Assembly (NCBI RefSeq): GCF_018350175.1
Contig: NC_058368.1
Location: forward strand, 231,696,001-231,760,000
DNA length: 64,000 nt
Origin: Felis catus
Taxonomy: Eukaryota
Reading direction: 5' to 3'
A program made the translations under genes and the position numbers. This document shows positions 61,661 through 64,000 of this stretch, piece by piece (positions within the stretch are counted from its first letter, which is position 1; each line of letters starts with the position of its first letter). The notes under the pieces are model-generated. The model was given only the letters and a program-made list of their open reading frames with translations. It was not told the DNA's origin and did not search any database.

Positions 61661-62121
61661 CATCTTTAATTAATTTCTATGTAAATTCTAAAATAATAGG
61701 AATCTAACTTCATTTTACCTGGAGCAGTGAGCCACTTAATGATATCTAGGAAATTGTCTATACTCTCTCCGTTGCCTTAAATGGCAGAATGTATTTATAG
61801 ACTTTTTTCTTTGTATGGACTATCCATTTAGTCCCCTGGTTTTTCTGAAGCCAGCATCACTCAGTCTTAGATGATTGCTTCCTAACATATTTCAATAGCT
61901 GATAGCGAAAGTCCATCCTGTTTACTTTCATTGTTGGTGTTCTAAAAGATATCTGGCTACTCTTATACATTTAATCCTGCTTGAAATTCAGGATTCTTGT
62001 CCTCAAAATGTGATTTTTATAAGTCAAGGAATAATGAGGGGGATAGAGAATAAGACTGAGATAGTTCCATTCTTCTGTAAATTTTTACCCAAGAAAATAA
62101 CAACCCCAAATCGTGTTTTCT

Positions 62122-62334
62122 TTTTTTTTTTTTCAACGTTTATTTACTTTTGGGACAGAGAGAGACAGCATGAACGGGGGAGGGGCAGAGAGAGAGGGAG
62201 ACACAGAATCGGAAACAGGCTCCAGGCTCTGAGCCATCAGCCCAGAGCCTGACGTGGGGCTCGAACTCACAGACCTCGAGATCATGACCTGGCTGAAGTC
62301 AGACGCTTAACCGACTGCGCCACCCAGGAGCCCC
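62122..62334 (-). mobile_element. Young CanSINE (SINEC_Fc)
   Basis: Reverse SINE with GACCTGGCTGAAGTC diagnostic; TSD [c/t]gtgttttct at 62112-62121 and 62335-62344. Confidence 0.96.
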
Positions 62335-63236
62335 TGTGTTTTCTCTTAAAGGCATTATGTATTATTCCTACACAGCAAATGCAAGACGGGTGTTTTTTTT
62401 TTTTTTTTCTAATTCCATACCTAGCTGAAGTTCAAGAGTCCTTTCAATTAGAGCTTCAGGCATGGAAATTCTTACGGAAAGTAATTTTAAACATTCTCAC
62501 CTTCTTAGGATCTATTTTTGGAGGGGAATTTACATTTCTTGTTAATCTGCTCCAGATATGGTTTCAATGCTCTCAAGGCTCGCCACTGAAGTGACCTCGC
62601 TGATCTGTCTGACTCAGCCTAGAGCTGGTGGGTGACCAGAAGATCATTTTCTAACCACCAAGCCAACTGACCTTCACGTTCAGAAATCACTACATAACCA
62701 TGAGCAGGATTTTAGGAGCAAAGGTGATCGTGGGTCACATCGGGGAAAGAACAGTGGACTTGGAATATTTGGGAATCGTTCTTAGTTTTGGACTAATTTT
62801 CAGGGATAGTGATTAAAATTTCAGGTAGTAATTGATGCAATATCCTGAGGTTTCTTTTCCTGACTTGTGCTGGAGGTTAAGATCCCAGGAGATTCAAATA
62901 GAAAATAATAGGGGTGGGACTGTAGAGACATTGGAATATTTCTGCCATGTTGGCGGGAGTGTAAAATGGCGCAGCTGTTGCAAAAAACAATATGGCCGCT
63001 CCTCAAAAACTTAAAAATAGAACTATCGAATGAGCCAGCAATTCCACTTCTGGATATATACCTAAAAGGACTGAAAGTAGTTTCTCCAAGAGCCGTCTGT
63101 ACACCCACACTTGCAGCAGCATTATAAATACAGAAGCAAAATGTGGTCTCTACATACAAAATATCATTCAGCCTCAAAAAGTTAGAAAACTCTGACACAT
63201 GCTAATGACACGGATGAACCCGGAAAATATGCCAAG

Positions 63237-63671
63237 TGAAAGACTCTCTACAGGCCTGACATACAAGGGAAGCCATTTGACGTCTCTTCCCAAGTCAGCC
63301 TGACTGTAGAGAAACTTTATGCAAACCGAAAGCCTGATTTATGGCCCTTCACACAAGCATGGTGCCTCTGCTTTGTGAAGGACTAGTCTAAAGGAAAACC
63401 ACCTTGTCCCTGAGACATCGATCAATGCTCCTTCTCCCTGCACTCCTTTACAGCAAAACCTGTGATTCCTGCCTATATGGTAATCTGTAATCTTTTGAGG
63501 TCTTACAGATATAAAAAATATATAACCCTATAAAAACCGTTCATCCTCCGGAGCACTTTCTTCTCTGTGAAGAGCATGTTTCTCAGGCAGCTGTCTTACC
63601 TCGGTCTTGAATAAAACCCTTTTTCATACTTTTAGAGATTCTAAGAGGTTTGTTCGTTTTTACTTCAACCA
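63237..63671 (+). mobile_element. ERV1-like solo LTR (family not identified)
   Basis: About 435-bp non-L1 insert starting TG and ending near CA, with TATAAAA (63529-63535) and AATAAA (63610-63615) in LTR order. Confidence 0.6.
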
Positions 63672-63867
63672 CGGTCATAAAGGTTAAATGCTGTATAATT
63701 CTACTCGCCCATGGTCTCTCGTCCAGAGAGACAGAAAAGAGAATGATACATGCCAGAGGCAAGGGTGTGGTGCGGATGGGGAGATAGTGTTTAACGGGGA
63801 CAGAGGTTCAGCTTTGCAAGATGTAAACAGCTCTGGAGATGAACGACTGCACAATAACGTGAGTGTA

Positions 63868-63912
63868 ATTAATGCCACTGAACTGGTGGCATTAATGCCA
63901 CTGAACTGGTGG
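63868..63912. repeat. 22-bp direct duplication with a junction palindrome
   Basis: attaatgccactgaactggtgg at 63868-63889 and 63891-63912. Confidence 0.9.
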
Positions 63913-63962
63913 TTAAAATGTCAACTTTTAAGTTATGTATGTCTTAGCACAATTAAAATTCG

Positions 63963-64000
63963 TTTTTTTTTTATTTTTCTTAAAGTTTATTATTTTTGAG
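63963..64000 (-). mobile_element. Probable tail of a CanSINE cut by the window edge
   Basis: Poly-T then aaagtttattatttttgag, as at the tails of other reverse SINEs here. Confidence 0.7.

Larger units (their letters stand above)
62905..63960 (+). mobile_element. L1MB-like 3' end split by an LTR insertion
   Basis: ccagcaattccacttctggatatatacctaaaagga before the LTR; gagacagaaaagagaatg...ggggacagaggttcagctttgcaagatg...aatgccactgaactg after it. Confidence 0.85.

Noticed and set aside
3329..62334. Recurrent short ORFs such as MAQSV...SAQVMIS and MGQRETEHERGRGRERGRHRIGNRLQA
   Set aside because: Translations of CanSINE copies in either orientation, not a gene family.
1..64000. A novel multi-gene system, CRISPR array or prokaryote-style operon
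   Set aside because: The sequence is mammalian and repeat-rich; the recurring repeats are dispersed SINEs with TSDs, not regularly spaced repeat-spacer units, and no ORF cluster has recognisable domains.

Overview
Repeat-rich, apparently non-coding mammalian DNA from a carnivore, almost certainly a felid (cat family). The host call rests on about 30 tRNA-derived CanSINEs of the feline SINEC_Fc type and a 1.9-kb 5'-truncated carnivore/felid LINE-1. The window also holds older L1M, L2 and MIR fragments, MaLR/ERVL solo LTRs (MLT1, MLT2), an ERV1-like solo LTR, hAT MITEs (MER5, MER20, MER91-like, MER102-like), a Tigger/pogo-like transposon remnant and several microsatellites. I could not support any intact protein-coding gene, RNA gene or CRISPR array; the ORF track is explained by repeats or chance. 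I did not find a novel biological system. The best leads are modest: a tightly spaced inverted SINE pair, young SINEs with perfect target-site duplications (TSDs), a candidate 42-nt micro-exon, possible enhancer-like unique blocks, nested or rearranged transposons and small local duplications. Repeat subfamily names come from recalled consensus sequences, not a database search, and boundaries of old repeats are approximate.
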